64,000 bases of DNA from an uncultured Syntrophobacteraceae bacterium (GTDB lineage Bacteria; Desulfobacterota; Binatia; UBA9968): assembly GCA_964572145.1 (NCBI GenBank), contig CAZNES010000005.1:21642-85641 (forward strand), given 5' to 3'. The notes beneath the pieces are model-generated. The model saw nothing but the letters and a program-made list of their open reading frames with translations, did not search any database and was not told the origin of the DNA. This document shows positions 8,934-17,996 of this stretch, in pieces. Position 1 is the stretch's first letter. Every line of letters begins with the position of its first letter. Both the position numbers and the translations under genes were made by a program.

Positions 8934-9350
8934 CTAGCGGCTCTGCAGCACTTGTCCGGCCAGGTTCGTCACCTTGTCTACTCGGATGACGACGGCGGCG
9001 CCCTTGCGCTCCGGGTCCTTGTCAATCTCCTCCTTGACGGTTCGGGACATGACCTGCTCGCGGATAAGCCCGTCCTGGTGCACTGTCGCCACGCCGTGGA
9101 AGCGGAAGTTGAGCCTGGTTTTCGGATCCCTGAAGAGCACGACGACCTTCGAATTCTCCAGGACGTTTTTCAGATGCTGCCGTCTCGTGCGCTCCCAGTA
9201 GGCGAGAGACTCGTTGTCAAAGACCATCATGCTGCCCTTGTAGCCGATGTCCGGCTCGCCGTCCTTGGAGACAGTGGCGAGGACGCATGGGCAGCCGTTC
9301 GCCAGCGCGTTGTCGATCAATTCGGGGATTTTGTCCGTTAGAGCAATCAT
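8934..9350 (-). CDS. Pyridoxamine 5'-phosphate oxidase-family FMN-binding protein
   Basis: 138 aa. The 'CVLATVSKDGEPDIGYKGSMMVFD' pattern is typical of the PNPOx-like split-barrel family. Confidence 0.7.
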   Translation of the reverse strand: MIALTDKIPELIDNALANGCPCVLATVSKDGEPDIGYKGSMMVFDNESLAYWERTRRQHLKNVLENSKVVVLFRDPKTRLNFRFHGVATVHQDGLIREQVMSRTVKEEIDKDPERKGAAVVIRVDKVTNLAGQVLQSR

Positions 9351-9386
9351 GGTTCCAACCTCCTTGCTATTTTTCTAGCGCTATTT

Positions 9387-10058
9387 TTACACCGGCCATT
9401 TTTCCAGGCGATACGCCTGGTCCCAAAAAAGAAACTCGTAGCGGCTGCTCAGCATAAAATGAGAACGCATAAGCTTTCTCTCTTCGCTTCCCGCGCCCGC
9501 GCCGAGGCGGTCCATCAACCGTATCTGCTCCCGCACCGGTTTCCAATACTCCTCTGACGCGTAAATCTCGATCCACTCGCGGTAGATCGCCGGCTTTCTC
9601 GTCCGCCTGCGATAGAGTCTCCTTCCGACCTCGCCGTAAATCCAGTAGCAGGGTAGCACCGCAGCGACGATTTCCGCCAGGCTCCCTCCTCGGGCGACCG
9701 CCTGAAGATGTTTCGTGTACGCTTCTGTGACCGGCGCTTTGGGCGTCCGGTCGAGCTGCCGCTGCGAGAGGCCGAGACTCTTTCCAAAGCTCGCGTGAAA
9801 ACTTCTTTCCACCTCGACGGCGATCAGAGCATGGCGGGCGAAGATTTCCAGAGTTTTTAGATCCGGCGATTTCGCTCCGCCGAGGCAGAGGACCTGGGCG
9901 AAATCGAGGAGGTAAACGTAGTCTTGCAATATAAAATAGACAAACCGATCCATGGGCAGAGTGCCGGCGCGAAGCTCGTCGAGAAAGGGATGGGCGTGAA
10001 TGGCGCGCCAGATTTTATCCGCCTCGCGTCGCAACTGTCGTGTGAAAAGTCCAGCCAT
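9387..10058 (-). CDS. tenA: TenA/thiaminase II family protein
   Basis: 'HPFLDELRAGTLPMDRFVYFILQDYVYL' is typical of the TenA/PqqC family; 223 aa. Confidence 0.8.
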   Translation of the reverse strand: MAGLFTRQLRREADKIWRAIHAHPFLDELRAGTLPMDRFVYFILQDYVYLLDFAQVLCLGGAKSPDLKTLEIFARHALIAVEVERSFHASFGKSLGLSQRQLDRTPKAPVTEAYTKHLQAVARGGSLAEIVAAVLPCYWIYGEVGRRLYRRRTRKPAIYREWIEIYASEEYWKPVREQIRLMDRLGAGAGSEERKLMRSHFMLSSRYEFLFWDQAYRLEKWPV

Positions 10059-10222
10059 TGGGCGCCGCCGAATTTCCTTTCATTCCCCGGAAAAGCGCGC
10101 GTAAATTTCTCGTCTACCGCTGCTTGCAGTTTGAGCGAATTCTTTCTATAACATAGCCGCATCGGGTTGTCACTTTATCGCCGCGACGAAAAATTTAGCT
10201 CGACGAAACGGAAGGAACGGCA

Positions 10223-10690
10223 ATGAATAAAAAAGTTCGCATGCGCGTCAACGGCAAGAAGATCGAGCAAGAAGTTCCCACGAACCGTCTGATGATCGAT
10301 TTTCTGCGCTACGATCTCGGGCTCACCGGGACCAAGGAGGGTTGCAGTGTCGGCGTCTGCGGCGCGTGCACGGTGCTGATGGACGGGGAGATGATTAGCT
10401 CCTGTCTTGCACCCGCGGTGTTCGCCGACGGCCACGACATCACCACGGTCGAGGGGTTGGCAAAAAACGGCGAGCTCCATCCGGTGCAAAAAAGCTTCAT
10501 CAAGTACGGCGGCTTCCAGTGCGGCATCTGCACGCCGGGCCAGGTCGTTGCGGCCAAGGCGCTGCTCGACAAAGTTCCCAAGCCGAACGAGGAGCAGATC
10601 AAAGACTGGATGATGGGCAATCTCTGCCGCTGCACCGGCTACTACAAAATCATCGAATCGATTCAAAAAGCGCATCAGTTTGCGAGATAA
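10223..10690 (+). CDS. (2Fe-2S)-binding small subunit of a xanthine dehydrogenase/CO dehydrogenase-family molybdoenzyme (CoxS-like)
   Basis: 'GCSVGVCGACTVLMDG' and 'FQCGICTPGQV...CRCTGY' cysteine clusters. Confidence 0.9.
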   Translation: MNKKVRMRVNGKKIEQEVPTNRLMIDFLRYDLGLTGTKEGCSVGVCGACTVLMDGEMISSCLAPAVFADGHDITTVEGLAKNGELHPVQKSFIKYGGFQCGICTPGQVVAAKALLDKVPKPNEEQIKDWMMGNLCRCTGYYKIIESIQKAHQFAR

Positions 10691-10699
10691 GGACCCATC

Positions 10700-11614
10700 A
10701 TGCAGCCCTTTGAATATCGCACTCCAAAGAGTCTTAAAGAAGTTCAACAAGACCTCAAACAGTTCGGCACGGACGCGAAACTCATCGCCGGCGGCACGGC
10801 TCTGGTCATCATGATGAAGCAGCGCCTGGTGAGTCCCACCTGCCTAATTAGCTTGCGTTCGGTGCGCGGCCTGAGCGGCATCGAGGAAAAGAACGGCGAG
10901 CTTCGCATCGGCGGGGCGACGACTCATCGAGAGGTGGAGACCTCCTCGCTGGTGCGCCGGCGCTTGCCGCTCCTGGCCGAGACCTACCGGCACGTGGCCA
11001 CCGTTCGCGTGCGTAACATGGCGACGGTGGGCGGCGGGCTGGCGCACGCCGACCCCAATCAAGATCCTCCTCCGACTCTCATCGCGCTGGGCGCGAGCGT
11101 TAAGGTCGGATCGGCCGACGACGGCCGGACGATTCTGCTGGAAGAATTGTTTACCGACTATTACGAGACCGTGCTCAAGCCGGACGAGGTGATCACGGAA
11201 TTATCCGTTCCGCGCTTGCCGCCGAACAGCGGCGCTGCCTTTCTTAAATTTCTTCCGCGCACGGCGGATGACTATGCGACCGTCTCCGCCGCGGCCGTGG
11301 TGACGTTGGACCGTACCAAGAAGATTTTCTCCGATGTCCGCATTGCTCTCGGCAGCGTCGGCACGACGCCCATTCGCGCGCGCGCCGCCGAAGCGGTGTT
11401 GCGCGGCCAGCCGGTCAAGGCCGAAGCGCTCCGCGAGGCCGCCGAAAAAGCCAAGCAAGCGGTCGATCCGATCGGCGATTTTCGCGGCTCTGCGGCTTAT
11501 AAAAAAGAGATGGCCGGCGTCTTCGTTCGCCGCGCGCTGGAAAAAGCGCTGGAAGGAATCGCGAAAATTGCTAAGGCGGCGCCGAGCCGTCCGGTGAAAC
11601 TGGGGCGGAGATGA
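10700..11614 (+). CDS. FAD-binding medium subunit (CoxM-like)
   Basis: 304 aa with 'AKLIAGGTALVIMMKQR' and a C-terminal CO-dehydrogenase flavoprotein domain pattern ('DPIGDFRGSAAYKKEM'). Confidence 0.85.
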   Translation: MQPFEYRTPKSLKEVQQDLKQFGTDAKLIAGGTALVIMMKQRLVSPTCLISLRSVRGLSGIEEKNGELRIGGATTHREVETSSLVRRRLPLLAETYRHVATVRVRNMATVGGGLAHADPNQDPPPTLIALGASVKVGSADDGRTILLEELFTDYYETVLKPDEVITELSVPRLPPNSGAAFLKFLPRTADDYATVSAAAVVTLDRTKKIFSDVRIALGSVGTTPIRARAAEAVLRGQPVKAEALREAAEKAKQAVDPIGDFRGSAAYKKEMAGVFVRRALEKALEGIAKIAKAAPSRPVKLGRR

Positions 11615-12063
11615 AATTCAATCAGCGCGCCGTCATTCCGGTGGGCCGCGAGCTGCTCTGGGATTTCTTGATGGATGTGCCCAAGGTCGCGCAGTCGCTT
11701 CCCGGCGTGGAATCCGTAAGCCAGCTCGATGATACGACCTACCAAGGCACGCTCAAGGTTCGCGTCGGGCCGATCTCGCTCAATCTCCAGGGCAAAATTA
11801 TTCTGGAGGAGCGCGACCGGGACCGCTGGCGCGCCGCGCTCCGGGCCGAAGCCACCGACCGCAGGGCCGCGGGGGCCGTCAAGGGCAAGACCACCATGGA
11901 GCTGAAAGAAATCAGTCCCAAAGAGACCGAGCTGCTGGTAGAAACCGATGTGAATATATTGGGGAAGATCGGCGAGTTCGGCCAGCCCATCATTCGTAAA
12001 AAAGCCGACCAGATGCTTCAGCAGTTCATCGAAAACATCAAGCGGCAGCTAACTCAGAGTTAG
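11611..12063 (+). CDS. CoxG-like SRPBCC protein
   Basis: 150 aa with 'VPKVAQSLPGVESV'. It overlaps the preceding gene by 4 nt. Confidence 0.72.
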   Translation: MKFNQRAVIPVGRELLWDFLMDVPKVAQSLPGVESVSQLDDTTYQGTLKVRVGPISLNLQGKIILEERDRDRWRAALRAEATDRRAAGAVKGKTTMELKEISPKETELLVETDVNILGKIGEFGQPIIRKKADQMLQQFIENIKRQLTQS

Positions 12064-12864
12064 CGGCGCCCGCAGGTTTTTCCTGTCTTGTTGCAACCCG
12101 CTCGCGATCGCGCTGTAGCACGCCTGGCTCAACTGCTTGCGGCTCACCGAACTATTTTTATACCTCGTCGTGTCGATCGGCGCGTGGAATTTGACCGCGA
12201 CCTCGATGTTCCTCATTGCCAGCAGCTTCCAGAAGTGGGGTATGAAATCCATGTCGCCGTACCAGTAGATCGTGTCCCGGTTCGCATCGGTCACGGGCGC
12301 GCCGTTGATTCTCCGGTACGTGATGGTCAGCGGCACGATCGGCGCGTGCGCGCGGAGCGGCGCGGCAAACGGCGCCGACTGGAACGGCAGCAAGTGGTCG
12401 CCGTTGGTCGAGGTCCCCTCGGGAAAAATTAGAATGTTCGCCTTCTGGTTTAATCGCTCGACGATCTCTTCCACCACCAGCGTGATCTTGCCTTTTCGTT
12501 CCCGATCGATGTAAACGGTTCCGCACAGCGCGGTCCACCAACCGATTATCGGCCAGCCCCGCACCTCACGCTTCGAAACGAAGATTGTCGGAAACAGACT
12601 CCCCAGGACGAATCCGTCCAAATAGCCCAGGTGATTGCTGGCGATAAAAGCGCCCTTGATATCCAGCAAATCGAGATCGCCTTGCAGTGTGATCCCGACG
12701 TTGACGAACATTCGGATCAGAGCGACGAATCTCTGGGTCATGCGGCTCACGATTCTCCAAGGGTTCTTCGGGCGCCACAGATAAATACACAAATGGACCA
12801 GCGCCGCGGCGAGAAAGAGGAGCGTCCAAACGATCAAAAGCACGGCGAGTTTAACGAGCCGCAC
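12049..12864 (-). CDS. Lysolipid O-acyltransferase (PlsC/OlsA-like)
   Basis: HX4D acyltransferase motif 'SNHLGYLDGF' and 'FPEGTS'. It overlaps the upstream N-acyltransferase gene. Confidence 0.75.
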   Translation of the reverse strand: MRLVKLAVLLIVWTLLFLAAALVHLCIYLWRPKNPWRIVSRMTQRFVALIRMFVNVGITLQGDLDLLDIKGAFIASNHLGYLDGFVLGSLFPTIFVSKREVRGWPIIGWWTALCGTVYIDRERKGKITLVVEEIVERLNQKANILIFPEGTSTNGDHLLPFQSAPFAAPLRAHAPIVPLTITYRRINGAPVTDANRDTIYWYGDMDFIPHFWKLLAMRNIEVAVKFHAPIDTTRYKNSSVSRKQLSQACYSAIASGLQQDRKNLRAPLTLS

Positions 12865-13618
12865 GACTCACATCCGAGGCGGAAAGGCCGAAGCGCCGGA
12901 GATATTCACTGCTCGCCCGGTTCACGTCCAACAGCAGAAACAGATCGGTCGTGCCGAACTCAAGGTCCAGAGCGGGCGGGCCGCAAAGCAGCGCGCCGAC
13001 TCGGAGATATCCTTTGATCAGACTCGGCAGCCGGAAGAAAAGTTCCTCGCGGTCCGCGATCTCCACGTCCTCCCGCAAATCTGTAAGCCGCATGCCCGCC
13101 ACGGGCTCGACGCGAAACTTCTCCGGGGCGTAATACTTCTCCTTGATCAGCGTAATCGATGGGCCGACTTCCTCGGGATTCGTCGTGGGGAAGCTGGCGC
13201 ATCCGAACAGATAGTGGACTTGATGATTTTTTACGTACTCCGCTATCGTTTGCCACATGAGATGGATGAGCGCCTTGTCCCGATAGTCCTTGTGCGCGCA
13301 GGAGCGGCCGAGCTCCAACAGCTCGCCGTCGAGCTTTTTGATTTTTTCCAGGTTGAATTCCTGCTCGGAGTAAAAGCCGGAGTGTTTGCGGGCCTCCGAG
13401 CCGAGCAGAAGCCGATAGGTCCCGACCACGCGCCGCTGATTGCGCTCGCGGACGATAAGATGGTCGCATATGGAATCGAACCGGTCGACGTCGAACCCTC
13501 GTTGATACGATTCTTTCAGCCCCTTTTTCATCTCGAGATTAAACACCTCGAAGCGGAGTTTCTGCGCCTCATGAATTTCATCCCGGTCGCGGGTGATCTT
13601 GATTTCGAAATCGCTCAT
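12851..13618 (-). CDS. GNAT-type N-acyl amino acid synthase (OlsB/GlsB-like)
   Basis: 255 aa. An N-acyltransferase immediately upstream of a PlsC-type gene is the arrangement used for ornithine/glycine-lipid synthesis. Confidence 0.65.
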   Translation of the reverse strand: MSDFEIKITRDRDEIHEAQKLRFEVFNLEMKKGLKESYQRGFDVDRFDSICDHLIVRERNQRRVVGTYRLLLGSEARKHSGFYSEQEFNLEKIKKLDGELLELGRSCAHKDYRDKALIHLMWQTIAEYVKNHQVHYLFGCASFPTTNPEEVGPSITLIKEKYYAPEKFRVEPVAGMRLTDLREDVEIADREELFFRLPSLIKGYLRVGALLCGPPALDLEFGTTDLFLLLDVNRASSEYLRRFGLSASDVSRAAR

Positions 13619-13621
13619 CGG

Positions 13622-14395
13622 CTACCGGTGGCTCCATTGAGGCTGCCGCTTCTCTAGGAAAGCTTTCACGCCCTCTTCGACGTCTTCGGTCTTGAGCAAT
13701 TCTTCGAGATAGATCGCTTCGGACTTTTGCAGCGCCTGAGGAAAATCTTTTAGCGAAATCTCTCTCAATCCTTTAAGCACGATTCTGAGCACGGCGCGGC
13801 TTTTTCCCCGAAGCTCGATTGCGAGAGCTTCCACTGCCTGCTCCAGCTCATGGCCCGGCACCACGCGGGTGATGAGTCCCATCGCCAACGCTTCTGCGGC
13901 CGGCACTTTGCGGCCGGTAAGGATCATCTCCGCGGCGCGCCGATAGCCCAGTTGTCCGGGGAAGCGTGCCAGGGCAACGGGCGGGTAGCAGCCGACGTTG
14001 ATCTCCGGGGTGGCGAAGAAGCTGCCCTCCGTGGCGAAAATAAAATCGCAAGAGCTGGCCAGCTCGCAGCCGCCGCCCAGACAAGCCCCGCGCACCGACG
14101 CGACCGTAATCTGCGGCAGCGCGAGCAGCGCGCGGATAACGCCATGCACCGTGTCGAGCATCTCGGGGACTTTTTCCCGCGTGTGGTCCTTAATGTCCAC
14201 TCCGGCGGAAAAAGCGCGCTCGCCGGCGCCGCGGAGCACAAGGATATCGACGGCCGTGTCGCCTTCCACCGATTTTAAAACCGCCTTCAATTCCTGCAAC
14301 ATAGTAAGGTTCAGAACGTTGAGCGGGGCGCGGTCAAGAGTTACCCACGCTACGCGGTCTCTCTTTTGCATTACAACGTTCATCGATATCAGCAA
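13622..14395 (-). CDS. Enoyl-CoA hydratase/isomerase (crotonase) family protein
   Basis: 'FSAGVDIKD' and 'GACLGGGCELA' are crotonase oxyanion-hole motifs. Confidence 0.85.
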   Translation of the reverse strand: MLISMNVVMQKRDRVAWVTLDRAPLNVLNLTMLQELKAVLKSVEGDTAVDILVLRGAGERAFSAGVDIKDHTREKVPEMLDTVHGVIRALLALPQITVASVRGACLGGGCELASSCDFIFATEGSFFATPEINVGCYPPVALARFPGQLGYRRAAEMILTGRKVPAAEALAMGLITRVVPGHELEQAVEALAIELRGKSRAVLRIVLKGLREISLKDFPQALQKSEAIYLEELLKTEDVEEGVKAFLEKRQPQWSHR

Positions 14396-14515
14396 GAGGA
14401 TAGCAGGGTATTTTTGTGAGTGACTATGGCCCTGGATGCCAAATGATACCCCTGGGGGCTTTCTTTTTTGTAAACCAGAGTCCCCATTTTTACAAGCGCG
14501 CGCTTTTCCATGTGT

Positions 14516-14544
14516 TTGACAAGGAGCAAGGGAAAACTTACACT
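14516..14544 (+). promoter_or_regulatory. Sigma-70-like promoter candidate for the OmpA-family gene
   Basis: TTGACA (14516-14521), 17-nt spacer, then TACACT (14539-14544). AAGGAGG RBS lies at 14556-14562 and the ATG at 14569. Confidence 0.5.
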
Positions 14545-14568
14545 AGAACCGTTTTTAAGGAGGATCTT

Positions 14569-15336
14569 ATGAAGACAGCCCGCTTTTTGATTGTCCCGGT
14601 GGCCCTATGGGCGGCCGTGTGCTTCACGCCTTTGAAAGCAACGGCGGCCTGGGATGAATTCGACGACAGCCAATCCAATCCGCTGAGAATTTGGGCTTAC
14701 ACGTCCTATCCGGCGGGCTTTCTTACCGAGTGGCTGTTTTTCCGGCCCTTTCACGTTCTGGTAAGCGCAACGAAACCGCAAGAGGAATTCTTCGGCCACA
14801 GACCCCATCCTGCTCTATTCGCTGACCCGGAGCCGGGCTATGATTTCGGAGTGCCCAAGCGACCTTCGACACCGCCAGCGAGGGCCCCGAGAGCGGCTAT
14901 TCCGCAAGAACCCGTTTCGGAGAAAGTGACGATTCAACAAGTTCCGGTGGAGAAAATCCTTTATAAAGAGGTGCCGAAGATCGTCGAGGTCGAGAAAATC
15001 ATTTTTCCGGATATAGCTTTCCGTTTTGACTCCTCCGAGCTTACCGATCTCGGCAAGGGCAAAATTTATCTGATCGGCCAAAGAATCAAAGAAAAGTCCG
15101 ACGTCCTCGTGTCCATCGAAGGTCACACGGACTATGTCGGCAGCGAGGAATATAACCAGAGGCTCGGCCTCCGGCGCGCGCAAAGAGTCATGAAAGAGTT
15201 GGCCGAGCTCGGGATCGATCCGAGCCGAGTGTCGGTCGCCAGCTTTGGCGAGGCCAAGCCGCTGGTCGACCAACAGACCGAATGGGCCCGCGCGGTCAAT
15301 CGCCGGGTGGAGTTTACGATCACACCGGTCAAATAA
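14569..15336 (+). CDS. OmpA-family outer-membrane/peptidoglycan-associated protein
   Basis: Signal peptide 'MKTARFLIVPVALWAAV'. C-terminal OmpA domain '...IEGHTDYVGSEEYNQRLGLRRAQRV...NRRVEF'. The track ORF extends upstream to 14416, but the RBS supports a start at 14569. Confidence 0.85.
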   Translation: MKTARFLIVPVALWAAVCFTPLKATAAWDEFDDSQSNPLRIWAYTSYPAGFLTEWLFFRPFHVLVSATKPQEEFFGHRPHPALFADPEPGYDFGVPKRPSTPPARAPRAAIPQEPVSEKVTIQQVPVEKILYKEVPKIVEVEKIIFPDIAFRFDSSELTDLGKGKIYLIGQRIKEKSDVLVSIEGHTDYVGSEEYNQRLGLRRAQRVMKELAELGIDPSRVSVASFGEAKPLVDQQTEWARAVNRRVEFTITPVK

Positions 15337-15371
15337 AAATTTTGAATTCTTAATTTTGAGTTTTGAATTAA

Positions 15372-15402
15372 AGGCCCGGCCATAACGGCTGGGCCTTTTT
15401 TT
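15372..15402 (+). terminator. Rho-independent terminator
   Basis: Stem aggcccggcc / ggctgggcct with loop ataac, followed by a T-run (15397-15402). Confidence 0.7.
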
Positions 15403-15448
15403 CGTCTCGTCTCAGTAGTAGGTTTTTAATTCAAAACTCAACATTATT

Positions 15449-16051
15449 GTGAATTATCAGCCAAAAGATGCCTTTTATCGCAAAGCGAAAAAGGAAGGCT
15501 ACCGCTCGCGCGCGGCCTACAAGCTCCTGGAGCTTGGGCGTCGGTTTCAACTCATCCAGCCGGGCGAGCGCGTGGTGGATCTCGGCGCGGCGCCCGGCGG
15601 CTGGCTCCAGGTCGCCGCCGAGCTCGCCGGGCCTAAGGGAAAAGTGGTCGGCATAGATCTCCAGCCCATCGCGCCGTTTCATGAGCCCAACATCGCCCTT
15701 CTTCAGGGCGATGCCGCTTCGGAGGAGTGCGGCAAAAAAATCGAAGAGCTTTTGGGCGGTAAGGCGGACTGCGTTCTATCGGACCTTTCGCCTCGCCTCA
15801 CCGGGATACATGACGCCGATATCGCCCGCTCTGTCGAGCTGATTCGATTGGCGCACGCCCTCGCGCGCCGCCTGCTTCGGCCGGGAGGAAACTTTCTGGT
15901 CAAGAGTTTTGTCGCCCAGGAGCTGCAGGCGTATTTCCTAGAGCTCAAGAAGGATTTTTCTTCGGTTGACCGCACCCGCCCTGAAGCGACGCGCAAAGGG
16001 TCTTCGGAGATTTATTTCTGCGCCAGGGGATATCGGGGCGCCGGCGCATAA
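15449..16051 (+). CDS. rlmE: 23S rRNA (uridine-2'-O)-methyltransferase RlmE/FtsJ
   Basis: 'KEGYRSRAAYKLLEL' and SAM motif 'VVDLGAAPGGWLQV'. GTG start. Confidence 0.9.
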   Translation: MNYQPKDAFYRKAKKEGYRSRAAYKLLELGRRFQLIQPGERVVDLGAAPGGWLQVAAELAGPKGKVVGIDLQPIAPFHEPNIALLQGDAASEECGKKIEELLGGKADCVLSDLSPRLTGIHDADIARSVELIRLAHALARRLLRPGGNFLVKSFVAQELQAYFLELKKDFSSVDRTRPEATRKGSSEIYFCARGYRGAGA

Positions 16052-16060
16052 CTGGCCCTA

Positions 16061-16136
16061 AGAGAGATCCTTCACTTCGTTCAGGATGACATTCTCTTTA
16101 CTGTCATGCTGAGCGAAGCGAAGCGAAGCATCTCTC
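16061..16136. repeat. Palindromic intergenic repeat (arms ~GTCATSCTGAGCGAAGCGAAGSATCTCTC)
   Basis: Inverted arms agagagatccttcacttcgttcaggatgac / gtcatgctgagcgaagcgaagcgaagcatctctc lie between convergent rlmE and glmS. A related copy lies at 57075..57223. Confidence 0.8.
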
Positions 16137-16166
16137 CCTAGAACCAGGCTAGGCTCTGAGAAACCT

Positions 16167-17996
16167 CTATTCGACCGTGACGCTTTTGGCCAAATTCCGC
16201 GGTTGGTCGAGGTCGGTGCCGCGCGCGACGGCGACGTAATAGGCGAGGAGCTGCATCGGGATCGTGAGCACGATGGGCGTGAGAAAATGAGAAGCTTCGG
16301 GAACGACCAGGCTCCGATGAGAGGTCCCTTCGATCGTCTCGCCGTTGCGGTTGGTGACCGCGATGATTTTTGCCCCTCTAGACTCCACCTCTTTGAGGTT
16401 CGACAGCGTCTTTTGAAAATGGCGGTCTCGCGGCAATAGCACCACGACCGGCATCTTTTCATCCACGAGAGCGATCGGCCCATGTTTCATCTCGCCGGCC
16501 GGATATCCCTCGGCGTGGATGTAAGAGATCTCTTTTAGCTTGAGCGCTCCCTCCAGCGCGATCGGATAATTGATGCCTCTCCCCAGATAGAGAAAATCGG
16601 AAACGCCGCTCAACTCGTGCGCCAGACCTTCCAATTCATTGTCCAGCTTCAGCGCTTCTTCTATCCAATGCGGAAGGTGCATGAGATCTTCCAGCAGCCG
16701 CTTGGCTTCGGCGGCCCGCAAGCTTCCGGTCAGCCTTCCCATCCCGATCGCTAGAAGATAGAGCGCCGTCAGTTGGGAAGTGAACGCCTTCGTGCTGGCG
16801 ACGCTGATCTCCGGTCCGGCGTGGGTATAAAAGACGCCGTCCGATTTCCGCGCGATCGTGGAATCCACGACGTTGCAGATCGAAATCACCTTGGTTTTTT
16901 TCTTTCGCGCCATTTCCACCGCGGCCAGGGTGTCGGCGGTCTCGCCGGATTGGCTGATGAGCAGAAGCAGGTCGCCGGATTTAATGAGCGGTACGCGGTA
17001 ACGGAACTCCGATCCGTAATCCACCTCGGCCGGGATGCGGGCGATCTCCTCCAGCATGAATTTGCCCACCAGCGCGGCATGCCAGGCGGTGCCGCAGGCG
17101 ACTATATGGATTCTCTTGACCCTCCGCATCTGGGTCGCGCTCAGCGGAATGCCCTCGAGCGCGACCGCGCCTTCTTTGAGCGATATCCGTCCGCGGAAAG
17201 TGTCGGTGATCGAGCGGGGTTGCTCGTGGATCTCCTTCAACATGAAGTGGCGGTAGCCGCCCTTCTGTGCGGCCACGGCATCCCAGGTGATTTCCTTGAA
17301 CGAGCGGCTGAGGACTTTTCCCTTGCTGTTGAGGATGCGAAACCCGCCGGCCTTGATTTCAGCCACTTCGCCGTCCTCGAGAAATGTGACTTTGCGAGTG
17401 TGATCGAGAAGGGCGGGGATGTCGGAGGCGACGAGAGTTTCGCCCTCGCCCCAGCCAATCACGATGGGGGTCGAATTTTTCGCTACGATCAGACGGCCGG
17501 GATCTTTCAGGTTCAAGAAGACGAGCGCGTACGAGCCGTGGATCTCCCGCAGGCTTTTCTGCACCGCGGTGAGAAAGTCCGCTCCCTCCTGTACCTTCTC
17601 ATTGACCAGGTGGGCGACGATCTCGGTGTCGGTCTCCGACCCGAACTTGGCGCCCCGTTTGAGCAGATGCTCCTTCAGCTCCAGATAATTTTCGATGATG
17701 CCGTTATGAACGACGACGACGCTGCCGGCCTGGTGCGGGTGGGCGTTGACTTCGGAAGGTTTGCCGTGGGTCGCCCAGCGCGTATGACCGATCCCGACGT
17801 TTCCGGGAATCGGCCGCTGCACGAGCAGCGCTTCGAGGTTGTTGAGCTTGCCCTCGCAGCGGCGGATCGCCACCTGGCCGCCGTTCAAGACGGCGATGCC
17901 GGCCGAATCGTAGCCCCGGTATTCGAGCTTTCTCAGACTCTCCAGTATGATCGGCGCCGCTTCGCGCCGGCCGATGTATCCGACGATGCCGCACAT
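16167..17996 (-). CDS. glmS: Glutamine--fructose-6-phosphate aminotransferase
   Basis: Starts 'MCGIVGYIG' (ATG 17996-17994 overlaps the glmU stop in TGATG) and ends '...AKSVTVE'. Confidence 0.97.
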   Translation of the reverse strand: MCGIVGYIGRREAAPIILESLRKLEYRGYDSAGIAVLNGGQVAIRRCEGKLNNLEALLVQRPIPGNVGIGHTRWATHGKPSEVNAHPHQAGSVVVVHNGIIENYLELKEHLLKRGAKFGSETDTEIVAHLVNEKVQEGADFLTAVQKSLREIHGSYALVFLNLKDPGRLIVAKNSTPIVIGWGEGETLVASDIPALLDHTRKVTFLEDGEVAEIKAGGFRILNSKGKVLSRSFKEITWDAVAAQKGGYRHFMLKEIHEQPRSITDTFRGRISLKEGAVALEGIPLSATQMRRVKRIHIVACGTAWHAALVGKFMLEEIARIPAEVDYGSEFRYRVPLIKSGDLLLLISQSGETADTLAAVEMARKKKTKVISICNVVDSTIARKSDGVFYTHAGPEISVASTKAFTSQLTALYLLAIGMGRLTGSLRAAEAKRLLEDLMHLPHWIEEALKLDNELEGLAHELSGVSDFLYLGRGINYPIALEGALKLKEISYIHAEGYPAGEMKHGPIALVDEKMPVVVLLPRDRHFQKTLSNLKEVESRGAKIIAVTNRNGETIEGTSHRSLVVPEASHFLTPIVLTIPMQLLAYYVAVARGTDLDQPRNLAKSVTVE

